From Desulfuromonadales bacterium (GTDB lineage Bacteria > Desulfobacterota > Desulfuromonadia > Desulfuromonadales > SZUA-540), in contig JAWSUS010000005.1 of assembly GCA_033549025.1 (NCBI GenBank), positions 32,001 through 96,000 on the forward strand: DNA of 64,000 nucleotides, in the 5' to 3' direction. Numbering within the stretch: position 1 is the stretch's first letter; each line of letters opens with the position of its first letter. Under the pieces are notes generated by a model. That model was not told where the DNA came from. It saw only the letters and a list, made by a program, of their open reading frames with translations, and searched no databases. The translations under genes and the position numbers were made by a program. Below, in pieces: positions 21,099 to 29,477 of this stretch.

Positions 21099-21132
21099 AC
21101 TATAGACACTGTTTGCCTAAAAAGCAAACAGT
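21099..21132 (-). promoter_or_regulatory. sigma70 promoter of the helicase overlapped by a 9-bp inverted repeat
   Basis: TTGCTT-N17-TATAGT (minus); ACTGTTTGC-N7-GCAAACAGT at 21108-21132. Confidence 0.6.
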
Positions 21133-21165
21133 TTTTTCGAGGAAGCTGCCGCCGCAGGCCCCTGG

Positions 21166-22230
21166 TCAGTCGACGGAATCGCCTGGAGCCGCGTTGTTTC
21201 TTTCCAGCAGAGGGCGGAGGTTGCCAAGGTCGACCCGGGGTAGGTCGGCGAGTGAACGCAGTGTGAGGAGAAAATCGGCGTGCTCCGGATGGTCGGCCCG
21301 GTGTACGGCCCGGATCCCAAACTCCTGGCGGCTGAAGGTGCCCCAATTGACTAGTTGGCTGAAATAGGCGGCAGCGCCCAGGGTATGGGCCAATTCGACA
21401 AAGGCCGGCATCTCCCGGTAGTTGTTGGCCTGGACGACAAAGCTGAGGGTGAGGGCGATGGGCAGCCCGGCGATGTAGCGCAGGTTAGTGAGCAGCTGCC
21501 GAAAATCCCCGCCATGGCGGTTGAGGGCATAGGTCGCGACCGTGGCGGCGTCGATGGAGATCTCGGCGGTCTGCACATAGGTATGGATCGGCGCCATTGA
21601 CTCCCACAGGGTTTCGGTCCAGAGCTGGCCGTTGCTGTGCAGGCGGATGTTTTTCAGTCGGGGGAAATCCTTGACATCGAAGTGCTGCAGCAGCCCTCGG
21701 TAGGTCGGGCTGCCGAAGGGGTCGCCGGTGCCGCTGAGAATCAGGGTTTCGGCCGAGGGACCCGCTTCACGGCGGATCTTTTCCGTCAGGGAGGTAACGG
21801 TCTTCAGCGCGGTTCCCCGCGCCAGGTGAAAGTCGCGGCGGCAACTGGCGCAGGCCAGATTGCAGCTGCGGTCGTGGCAGAGGTTGAGGGTCTTGGGGCC
21901 GTAGGCCAGGGTGGTGTCGCCGTTCTGCAGCGCCTTCCGGATGTCCGGATCGGCCACCTGTCCCAGGGGGATGACCGGTGCGGTGGCGCTGGCCAGGCGG
22001 GGACAGCGCTGACGGTTGCAGCCGGAAAAGCTGCCATTGAGGATCGCCTTGCGCACCTGGCGGGCCCGTTCGCCATTCCAGATCTGGTCGAGGGGGGCGT
22101 GCAGCAGGTTGCCGATGGCGGTCTTCAGCCAGGCCGGACAGCACAGAAAGACCTGGCCGTCGGGGTGAATCTCGCACCAGTCGAAGGGTTGGGTGCAGAA
22201 CATCTGGGTGCTGGGAAAGGGGGTGGGCAT
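21166..22230 (-). CDS. radical SAM protein with N-terminal SPASM/twitch-like domain
   Basis: FCTQPF..DGQVFLCC..IGNL..IWNG, then CNLACASC (CxxxCxxC) and GTGDPF. Confidence 0.85.
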   Translation of the reverse strand: MPTPFPSTQMFCTQPFDWCEIHPDGQVFLCCPAWLKTAIGNLLHAPLDQIWNGERARQVRKAILNGSFSGCNRQRCPRLASATAPVIPLGQVADPDIRKALQNGDTTLAYGPKTLNLCHDRSCNLACASCRRDFHLARGTALKTVTSLTEKIRREAGPSAETLILSGTGDPFGSPTYRGLLQHFDVKDFPRLKNIRLHSNGQLWTETLWESMAPIHTYVQTAEISIDAATVATYALNRHGGDFRQLLTNLRYIAGLPIALTLSFVVQANNYREMPAFVELAHTLGAAAYFSQLVNWGTFSRQEFGIRAVHRADHPEHADFLLTLRSLADLPRVDLGNLRPLLERNNAAPGDSVD

Positions 22231-22356
22231 GAGATTTCCTCTGATTTACCTGCTTGGCGGGGACTGTAGCAGAAGGCTGTCGCCGGGGGAAGCCTTTGTC
22301 GAGAAGAAGTTTATATGGATTTTTCTATAAATATCCCTTTTGGGCCCATAAAGCTG

Positions 22357-22420
22357 TTGACAATTTGGTCATAGGGAAAAATAATGTCCAAAGATGTCCA
22401 AATGAAATGACATATGTCAT
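22357..22420 (+). promoter_or_regulatory. sigma70 promoter plus phased direct repeats and palindrome
   Basis: TTGACA-N17-AATAAT; ATGTC at 22384, 22394 and 22414; perfect palindrome ATGACATATGTCAT at 22407-22420. Confidence 0.6.
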
Positions 22421-22431
22421 AGGTGATAAAA

Positions 22432-23109
22432 ATGAACGTTTCTGTTAAAGACGCCGCCAAGTTGCTGTCGGTCTCCGAAAAGACCATCTATCGCTGGATC
22501 AAGCAGGAGATCGTGCCGGCCTACAAGGTCCATGAGAGTTATCGCTTCAATCGGGCCGAGCTGCTGGAATGGGCGACGTCGCGGCGCATGGGCATATCGC
22601 CCGAACTATTGTCCGAGCCGGAAGGCGATGCCCTGCCGCTGCCGCACCTGAGCGAGGCCATCGAGGCCGGGGGAATCTTCTACCGCCTGGAGGGGAAAAG
22701 TCGGGACGAGGTGCTGGCCGATGTGGTGGAACATCTGCGACTGCCCGATGAGGTCGATCGCGATTACCTGTGCCGGGTGCTCATCGCTCGCGAAAAGCTG
22801 GCTTCCACCGGCATTGGCGAAGGGATCGCCCTGCCGCATCCGCGCAATCCGTCGCTGCTGCATGTCACCCGACCGACGGTGACGTTGTGCTTTCTTGAGC
22901 AGCCGGTAGATTTTTACGCCCTCGACGGCATCCCGGTTCAGGTGCTCTTTACGCTCATTGCCCCCACCCTGCGCGCGCATCTGCATCTTCTCTCGCTCCT
23001 TGGTTTTGTCCTGCGCGACCGCAACTTTCGCAAGACCCTGGCGGAACCGGGGAGCCGGGAGGAGATTGGCGCGGCGCTGCGTCGCGCCGAGGATCGCTGC
23101 CAAAAATAG
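22432..23109 (+). CDS. excisionase-type HTH fused to PTS EIIA (Ntr/fructose-type) domain
   Basis: SVKDAAKLLSVSEKTIYRW..YRF N-terminus; REKLASTGIGEGIALPH with the phospho-His. Confidence 0.9.
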   Translation: MNVSVKDAAKLLSVSEKTIYRWIKQEIVPAYKVHESYRFNRAELLEWATSRRMGISPELLSEPEGDALPLPHLSEAIEAGGIFYRLEGKSRDEVLADVVEHLRLPDEVDRDYLCRVLIAREKLASTGIGEGIALPHPRNPSLLHVTRPTVTLCFLEQPVDFYALDGIPVQVLFTLIAPTLRAHLHLLSLLGFVLRDRNFRKTLAEPGSREEIGAALRRAEDRCQK

Positions 23110-23192
23110 AAGAGGCGGGCCGTCAGGGAAAGACCGGCTGGATCGGTTTTTCGCGATGATGGATTTGAATGATTGTCGGAGTTTTCAGCTGC

Positions 23193-23930
23193 ATGCCCTA
23201 TTCGCTTGATCAGACCAAAAAGAATCTCTATCGCGAGCGTCCCTGGGTCTTCGTCTTCGGGGCGTTGCTCGCTTCGGTCGCCGGGTTTGTCAATGTGGTT
23301 CTGCTCGGGATCTATCATGTGCCGGTCAGTCACATGAGCGGCGCCGTCTCACGCCTGGCCATCGATATCACCACCACCAACCGGGGGGATCTGGTCGGCG
23401 CCTTCTCCATCTTTGCCGGGTTTCTGGCCGGCGCGGTATTGAGCGGTTTGATCATTGGCTCCACGCAAGTCCGCCCTGGTCGACGCTACGGCATCACCAT
23501 GATGATAGAGGGGGCTATTATTGGCGCCGCCACCTTTCTGCTCATGGCCCAGCTGTCTATCGGCATCCCCCTGGCGGCCATGGCCTGCGGTCTGCAAAAC
23601 GCCATGGCCAGCAGCTATTATGGGCTGATCATCCGCACCACCCATGTGTCTGGCATGGTGACGGATATCGGAGTCCTGATCGGACAGGGACTGCGTTACC
23701 GGCACCTCGAGTGGTGGAAGCTTTTTCTGCTGACGACTCTGTTGGGAGGTTTTTTCAGCGGTGGCCTCATCGGCGGCCTCGCGTACGCCTGGGTCGGTAT
23801 CCCGGCGCTTTTGCTTGCCGCCGCCGGCTGCGCGAGTGCCGGTCTCGGCTATTTTCTCTGGAGGCGACGTCACCTGGCTGATTTCCAGTTCGACGGTCCG
23901 GATTTTACTTCACCGAAAGAGATGGTATGA
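23193..23930 (+). CDS. YoaK / DUF1275 family membrane protein
   Basis: AGFVN, VSHMSG, GLQNA, RTTHVSG motifs. Confidence 0.85.
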   Translation: MPYSLDQTKKNLYRERPWVFVFGALLASVAGFVNVVLLGIYHVPVSHMSGAVSRLAIDITTTNRGDLVGAFSIFAGFLAGAVLSGLIIGSTQVRPGRRYGITMMIEGAIIGAATFLLMAQLSIGIPLAAMACGLQNAMASSYYGLIIRTTHVSGMVTDIGVLIGQGLRYRHLEWWKLFLLTTLLGGFFSGGLIGGLAYAWVGIPALLLAAAGCASAGLGYFLWRRRHLADFQFDGPDFTSPKEMV

Positions 23931-25924
23931 ACCTGCTACTTTTGGCGCTCCTGATTTTTGTCGCCACGGGCTTCCTCGCTCTGTGCGGTTCCCGCTGGCC
24001 GCGGCTGGCCGCCGTGCTCGGTGCGGCCGGTATGGTGGCGGGCGCTTTAGCGGGACTGCTGGTGGCTCTGTCGGGTCTGCGTGCCAATGAGCCTCAGTCC
24101 TGGACGCTGGCCTGGGGGGTGCCGGGTGGTCACCTGTCCCTCTACCTGGATCCCCTCGCTGCTTTTTTTCTGTTGCCCATGTGCCTGCTGGCTCTGCTCT
24201 GCGCCCTGTACGCACCGGGATATCTGCAGGGACACGCCCACCCGGCTGCTCTGGGTCCGCACTGGTTTTTCCTGAATATGATGGTTGCGGCCATGATTCT
24301 GGTCGTCGTTGCCGCCAATGCGGTGCTCTTCCTCATGGCCTGGGAGGTCATGACGCTGACTTCCTTCTTTCTGGTGGCCTTTGAGCATCGTCAGGCCGAG
24401 GTGAGAGAGGCCGCCTGGCTTTATCTGGTCGTTGCCCATCTGGGACTGGTACTGTTGCTGGCCTTTTTTGTGGGAGCCGGCACCCTTTGCGGCAGTTTCG
24501 ATTTCGCCGCCTTTGGCTGCCTGTCTCAGTTGTCGTCGTTGACCACCGGTCTGCTTTTTGTCGCCGCCCTGGCCGGTTTCGGCGTCAAAGCCGGTCTTTT
24601 CCCCCTGCATGTCTGGCTGCCCGATGCCCATCCCGCCGCTCCCAGCCATGTGTCGGCCCTGATGTCGGGGGTGCTGGTCAAAATCGGAATATACGGCATT
24701 TTGCGGGTCGGCAGCTTTCTGCCGGCAGCGTTGCCGTTGGCCGGCGTTCTGCTCATGGCCCTGGGTGGCGCCGGCGCTCTCTATGGCATTGTCATGGCCA
24801 ATTTTCAGCGGGATATCAAACGGTGTCTGGCCTACTCGACCATTGAGAATGTGGGGATCATCTTTCTCGGCCTGGGCCTGGGCTTTTTCGCGCAGGCCAA
24901 CGGGCATCCCACGCTGGCCCTCTTCGGGTTTGCCGGCGGCCTGCTGCACATCTGGAATCATGCCCTCTTCAAGGGGCTGCTCTTTCTGGGCGCCGGAAGC
25001 GTTCTGCATGCCACGGGAACGCGGGATATGGATCAGCTCGGCGGCTTGCTCAAGCGCATGCCCTGGACGGGCGGCCTCTTGCTCGGCGGCTGTCTGGCCA
25101 TCGCCGCCCTGCCGCCCTTCAACGGCCTGGTGAGTGAATGGCTCATCTACCTGGGGCTGCTGCAGGAGGGCGTGCTGGATGCCGGTTTCAGCGGCCTGCT
25201 CTCCCTGCTGCTGGTCGGTCTGCTCGGCCTGGTCGGCGCCCTGGCCGTGCTGGCCTTTACCCGTCTGGCCGGGATTGTTCTGCTGGGCAGCCCCCGCAGT
25301 CTGCCCGCCGAGCAGGCACGGGAGTCTTCCCTGTCCCTGCTCGGCCCTATGGGAGCGCTGCTGGCCGGCTGTCTGTTTGTCGGCGTGTTCCCTCAGGGCG
25401 CCTTGTCTCTGTTGGCCTTGCCCCTTGAGCAGCTCGTTCCCGGCGGTCAGGCGGCCCTGGCCCCGGTGCTGTTGCGCGTGGGGAAACTGGGTCAGTTCCA
25501 CGGTCTCATCGGGCTCAGCCTTCTGGTTATCGCCGCCCTCCTTCTCTGGCTCCGTCATCACCGGCCTGTCGCTCGTCGCGGGACCTGGAGCTGTGGCTTT
25601 GCCTTTTCCTCTTCCCGCGGCGAGTATACGGGTGAGGGCTATGCCGAGCTGACCCAGAGCCACCTGGTTCCGCACCTTCTCGCTCCGCAGGTAAATCGCC
25701 CGCTGTTGCGAGGGGTTTTTCCAGGGCGCATAGGCCTAAGCCAGCAGTCCCTCGACCCGGTACTGACCCGTCTGTTCCTGCCCGGCATCGCCAGGGTGAC
25801 CCACTGGTGCGTGCGTCTTCGCTGGCTGCAGCAGGGGCGACTGCATGTCTATCTGCTCTATATTTTCATGGCCTGTACCCTGTTGCTGGCCTGGGGTGTC
25901 TGGGCCGGGAGGGGGGTGCCATGA
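23927..25924 (+). CDS. ehrA: Ehr complex antiporter-like subunit (HyfB/NuoL-like), copy 1
   Basis: AWEVM, KAGLFPLHVWLPDAHPAAPSHVSALMSG, LAYSTIEN, NHALFK. Confidence 0.85.
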   Translation: MNLLLLALLIFVATGFLALCGSRWPRLAAVLGAAGMVAGALAGLLVALSGLRANEPQSWTLAWGVPGGHLSLYLDPLAAFFLLPMCLLALLCALYAPGYLQGHAHPAALGPHWFFLNMMVAAMILVVVAANAVLFLMAWEVMTLTSFFLVAFEHRQAEVREAAWLYLVVAHLGLVLLLAFFVGAGTLCGSFDFAAFGCLSQLSSLTTGLLFVAALAGFGVKAGLFPLHVWLPDAHPAAPSHVSALMSGVLVKIGIYGILRVGSFLPAALPLAGVLLMALGGAGALYGIVMANFQRDIKRCLAYSTIENVGIIFLGLGLGFFAQANGHPTLALFGFAGGLLHIWNHALFKGLLFLGAGSVLHATGTRDMDQLGGLLKRMPWTGGLLLGGCLAIAALPPFNGLVSEWLIYLGLLQEGVLDAGFSGLLSLLLVGLLGLVGALAVLAFTRLAGIVLLGSPRSLPAEQARESSLSLLGPMGALLAGCLFVGVFPQGALSLLALPLEQLVPGGQAALAPVLLRVGKLGQFHGLIGLSLLVIAALLLWLRHHRPVARRGTWSCGFAFSSSRGEYTGEGYAELTQSHLVPHLLAPQVNRPLLRGVFPGRIGLSQQSLDPVLTRLFLPGIARVTHWCVRLRWLQQGRLHVYLLYIFMACTLLLAWGVWAGRGVP

Positions 25925-27900
25925 CCATGGGATTATTCCTGACCGGGATCCTGCTGCTGCTCTTTTCCGGGTTTCCCGGCCTGATGGCCCGGCGCCAGGC
26001 CCTTTGGGGAGAGCGCTTGAGCTGCCTGCTGACCCTGCTGGGAACGACCTGCGGTCTGGCCGCCGCAATCATGGCCCTGCTGGCGCCGACCACGAATCGC
26101 CTGCGGCTGCCCTGGGGGGTGCCCGGCGCCGAATTCGTGCTGCAGCTCGATGCCCTTTCCGCCCTGTTTCTCCTGCCGCTCTTTCTGGTGGTCAGTGCCG
26201 GCGCGGTCTATGGGCTCGGCTACTGGCCTCAGCGACGGCATGGGGCCAGCGCCAAAAAATTACGCATTTTCTATGGCCTGATCGCCGGCGCTCTCATGCT
26301 GGTGCTGACGGCGCAAAACGGCTTGCTGTTCCTCTTCGCCTGGGAAGCCATGGCCCTGGCCGGTTTCTTTTTAATTACCACCGAAGATGACAAAGAGGAC
26401 AGCCGGCGGGCCGGTCTGATCTATCTGGCGGCGACCCACACGGGCACCCTGGCCCTCTTTGCCCTCTTCGCCCTGCTGGCGTCCGTGGTGGGCTCCTTCG
26501 CCTTTCCCGCGGCGGCCTCCATCGCCTCTGCCGGTACCGGCACGGCCATCTTTCTGCTCGGTCTCTTAGGCTTCGGCCTGAAGGCCGGCATCATGCCTCT
26601 GCATATCTGGCTGCCGGGCGCTCATGCCGCCGCCCCCAGCCATGCCTCGGCGCTGCTCTCGGGGGTCATGATCAAGACCGGCATTTACGGCCTGGTGCGC
26701 CTGACCTCCTTTTACGCCGACATTCCCCTGAGCTGGGGGGTGGGTCTGCTGGTGCTCGGTGCGCTATCCGGCGTGCTGGGGGTGGCTTTGGCCCTGGCCC
26801 AGCATGACATCAAGCGCCTGCTCGCCTATCACAGCGTCGAGAATATCGGCATCATCGTTATCGGTCTGGCCATCGCCCTGCTTGGCCGCACGTTTGAACA
26901 GCCGGCCATGATCCTGCTGGGGATTTCGGGGGCGCTGCTGCACACGGTCAATCACGGCCTCTTCAAGTCCCTGCTGTTTCTGGCGGCGGGGGCGGTCATC
27001 CACTCCACGGGAACCCGCGAGATGGATCACATGGGGGGGCTGTTCCGGCGTCTGCCCTGGACGGCCGCCTGTTTTCTCGGCGGTGCCGTCGCCATCTGCG
27101 GGCTGCCTCCTCTCAACGGTTTTGTCAGTGAGTGGCTGATTTACCTGGGCGCTTTCGATTCGCTAAAGGGGTCGGGAGCCGTTGGTCCATGGGCCGTATT
27201 GGCCGCCCCGGTTCTGGCTCTCATCGGCGCGCTGGCGGTGGCCTGCTTTGTCAAGGTCTTCGGCGTGGTCTTTTTAGGAGAAGCCCGGTGCCCCGCGGCG
27301 GCCACGGCCAAGCCGGCGGTCTGGTCCATGCGTTTGCCCATGCTCGCTCTGCTGACGGCCTGCGCCTGGATCGGCCTGCTCCCCTGGACCCTCGCCCCCC
27401 TGCTGCAGCGGGCCGCGGCGGTCTGGTCGGCGCAGGTCGCAGGACTGGAGCTGGAGGCGCCGCTGGCGCCGCTCTCCCGCCTCAGCCTGGTGGCTGTATT
27501 GTTGCTGCTGACGCTGGCCGGTTTGTGGCTCTGGCTGCAACGACGCGACCATGCCGGGGCCCCGCGGGTGGCTACCTGGGGATGCGGTTATCAATTCCCG
27601 GCCCCTCGCATGCAGTACAGCGCTTCTTCTTTTGCCGACCTGCTGGTTGGACTCTTCCGGGGTGGGCTGTGGACAAGTCGCCATGAACAGCCACCCAAGG
27701 GCCTTTTTCCGGCAAAAACGGGCTTTTCCAGCCACACGCCCGACGCTGTGCTCGACCGTTTCCTGTTGCCGCTCAGTCAGGGATTGGCCTGGCTTTTCAC
27801 CTTGCTGCGGCGTTTTCTGCAGAACGGCAGACCCGCTTTTTATCTGCTCTATATCGCTTTGACCCTGCTGACCCTGCTTATGGTAATCGCCTGCGGTTGA
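25921..27900 (+). CDS. ehrA: Ehr complex antiporter-like subunit (HyfB/NuoL-like), copy 2
   Basis: Paralog of the previous gene: KAGIMPLHIWLPGAHAAAPSHASALLSG, LAYHSVEN; ATGA overlap at 25921. Confidence 0.85.
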   Translation: MTMGLFLTGILLLLFSGFPGLMARRQALWGERLSCLLTLLGTTCGLAAAIMALLAPTTNRLRLPWGVPGAEFVLQLDALSALFLLPLFLVVSAGAVYGLGYWPQRRHGASAKKLRIFYGLIAGALMLVLTAQNGLLFLFAWEAMALAGFFLITTEDDKEDSRRAGLIYLAATHTGTLALFALFALLASVVGSFAFPAAASIASAGTGTAIFLLGLLGFGLKAGIMPLHIWLPGAHAAAPSHASALLSGVMIKTGIYGLVRLTSFYADIPLSWGVGLLVLGALSGVLGVALALAQHDIKRLLAYHSVENIGIIVIGLAIALLGRTFEQPAMILLGISGALLHTVNHGLFKSLLFLAAGAVIHSTGTREMDHMGGLFRRLPWTAACFLGGAVAICGLPPLNGFVSEWLIYLGAFDSLKGSGAVGPWAVLAAPVLALIGALAVACFVKVFGVVFLGEARCPAAATAKPAVWSMRLPMLALLTACAWIGLLPWTLAPLLQRAAAVWSAQVAGLELEAPLAPLSRLSLVAVLLLLTLAGLWLWLQRRDHAGAPRVATWGCGYQFPAPRMQYSASSFADLLVGLFRGGLWTSRHEQPPKGLFPAKTGFSSHTPDAVLDRFLLPLSQGLAWLFTLLRRFLQNGRPAFYLLYIALTLLTLLMVIACG

Positions 27901-27910
27901 GGAGGCTTCG

Positions 27911-28822
27911 ATGTTTGTCAATGTTCTGGTCCACCTGGTGCTTCTGTTGTTGTTTGCGCCTCTGCTGCAGGGGGTGATCACCCGCACCAAGGCCCTGTTC
28001 GCCGGCCGGCAGGGCGCACCCCTGCTGCAGCCTTACTATGACCTGGCCCGCCTGTGGCGCAAAGGGTTCGTCCTCAGCCACACGACGACCTGGGTCTTTC
28101 TGGCCGGGCCGGTGGTCGGGCTGGCCGTGCCGATACTGGCCGCACTCCTGCTGCCTTTCGGCGCCTTGCCGGCGCCCATCTCTTTTCAGGGGGACTTGAT
28201 CCTCTTTGTCTATCTCTTCGGGCTATCCCGTTTTTTCGTGGCCTCCGCCGCCCTGGATACGGGTTCGAGTTTTGAGGGGATGGGGGCAGCCCGCGAGGTG
28301 ACCTTCTCCTGTCTGGCCGAGCCGACCCTGCTCTTTTCCCTCATCGTCCTGGCCCGCCTGGCCGACGGCCTTTCCCTGGGAACCCTGCTCGGCGCCGGCC
28401 TCGGCTCCTCCTGGAGAGGGGGGGCGGCCTCGCTGGGGCTGATCACTGTCTGCCTCTTTGTCGTGCTGCTGGTGGAAAATTCCCGCATTCCCTTCGACGA
28501 TCCCAATACTCACCTTGAGCTGACGATGATCCACGAGGTCATGGTGCTTGATCACAGCGGCCCGGCCTTCGGCATGGTCCTGTACGGCGCCGCCCTCAAA
28601 CTGATGGTGCTGGGCTCTCTTGTCGTCCGTTTGGCTTTGCCCTTTGAGACGGGCAGCCCGCTGCTGGACGGGGGCGTCTACCTCGGCGGCCTGCTGCTGC
28701 TGGCCGTGCTGATCGGCGTGGTGGAATCGACCATGGCTCGCCTGCGCCTGGTGCGCGTCCCCCAGGTGCTCATCGGCACCATGCTGATTTCGATTTTTGC
28801 CCTGGTGCTGGTGCTGCGTTAG
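27911..28822 (+). CDS. ehrB: Ehr complex HyfC/NuoH-like membrane subunit
   Basis: GRQGAPLLQPYYDL, ENSRIPFDDPNTHLELTMIHE. Confidence 0.88.
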   Translation: MFVNVLVHLVLLLLFAPLLQGVITRTKALFAGRQGAPLLQPYYDLARLWRKGFVLSHTTTWVFLAGPVVGLAVPILAALLLPFGALPAPISFQGDLILFVYLFGLSRFFVASAALDTGSSFEGMGAAREVTFSCLAEPTLLFSLIVLARLADGLSLGTLLGAGLGSSWRGGAASLGLITVCLFVVLLVENSRIPFDDPNTHLELTMIHEVMVLDHSGPAFGMVLYGAALKLMVLGSLVVRLALPFETGSPLLDGGVYLGGLLLLAVLIGVVESTMARLRLVRVPQVLIGTMLISIFALVLVLR

Positions 28823-28834
28823 GAGTTACGACCC

Positions 28835-29473
28835 ATGATTGAATTGAGCAACCTCTGCCTGCTGCTGGTGATCCTCATCAACTTCTTCACTCTGGGCAGC
28901 GCCCGCCTGGTAGCCTGCATCCGGGTTGTGGCTCTGCAGGGCGCCCTCATCGCGCTGCTGCCGTGCCTGGCCCACGGAATTTCCTGGCATACCCTGATGC
29001 TGACGGCGACGGCCTTTCTCCTCAAGGGGGTATTCATCCCCTGGCTGCTGCTACGGGCCATCCGCGAGGTGCGCATCCGTCGCGAGGTCGAGGCGCTTAT
29101 CGGCTTCGTCCCCACCCTGATCATCGGCGCCATGCTCACGGCCGGGGCTTTTATCTTCGCGGATTTTCTGCCGCTGCTGCCGGAGCATCAGGGCGGACTC
29201 TACGTCCCCACCTCCCTGGCCACCCTCTTTGCCGGTTTCATGCTGCTGATGACGCGGCGCAAGGCCATCACCCAGGTGCTCGGCTATCTGATGCTGGAAA
29301 ACGGCATCTTTATTTTCAGCATCCTGCTCAGCGAGGCCATGCCCCTGGTGGTGGAAGCGGGGGTGCTGCTCGATCTGCTCGTCGCGGTTTTTGTCATGGG
29401 GATTGTGATCAACCAGATCAACCGGGAGTTTTCCACCGTGGATACCACCCGGCTTTCCGTCCTGAAGGAATAA
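28835..29473 (+). CDS. ehrC: Ehr complex HyfE-like membrane subunit
   Basis: RRKAITQVLGYLMLENGI, VEAGVLLD. Confidence 0.85.
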   Translation: MIELSNLCLLLVILINFFTLGSARLVACIRVVALQGALIALLPCLAHGISWHTLMLTATAFLLKGVFIPWLLLRAIREVRIRREVEALIGFVPTLIIGAMLTAGAFIFADFLPLLPEHQGGLYVPTSLATLFAGFMLLMTRRKAITQVLGYLMLENGIFIFSILLSEAMPLVVEAGVLLDLLVAVFVMGIVINQINREFSTVDTTRLSVLKE

Positions 29474-29477
29474 CACG

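Noticed and set aside
22432..22600. Excisionase-like HTH as a prophage or mobile element marker
   Set aside because: Fused to PTS EIIA; no integrase, att site or phage genes nearby
23129..23152. Hairpin plus T run between the EIIA gene and yoaK as an attenuator
   Set aside because: Weak, wobble-rich stem; not enough support from sequence alone
27889..27910. ehrA copy 2 ends Cys-Gly-TGA, a possible Sec
   Set aside because: Followed directly by the RBS and start of ehrB, with no SECIS-like hairpin and no meaningful read-through
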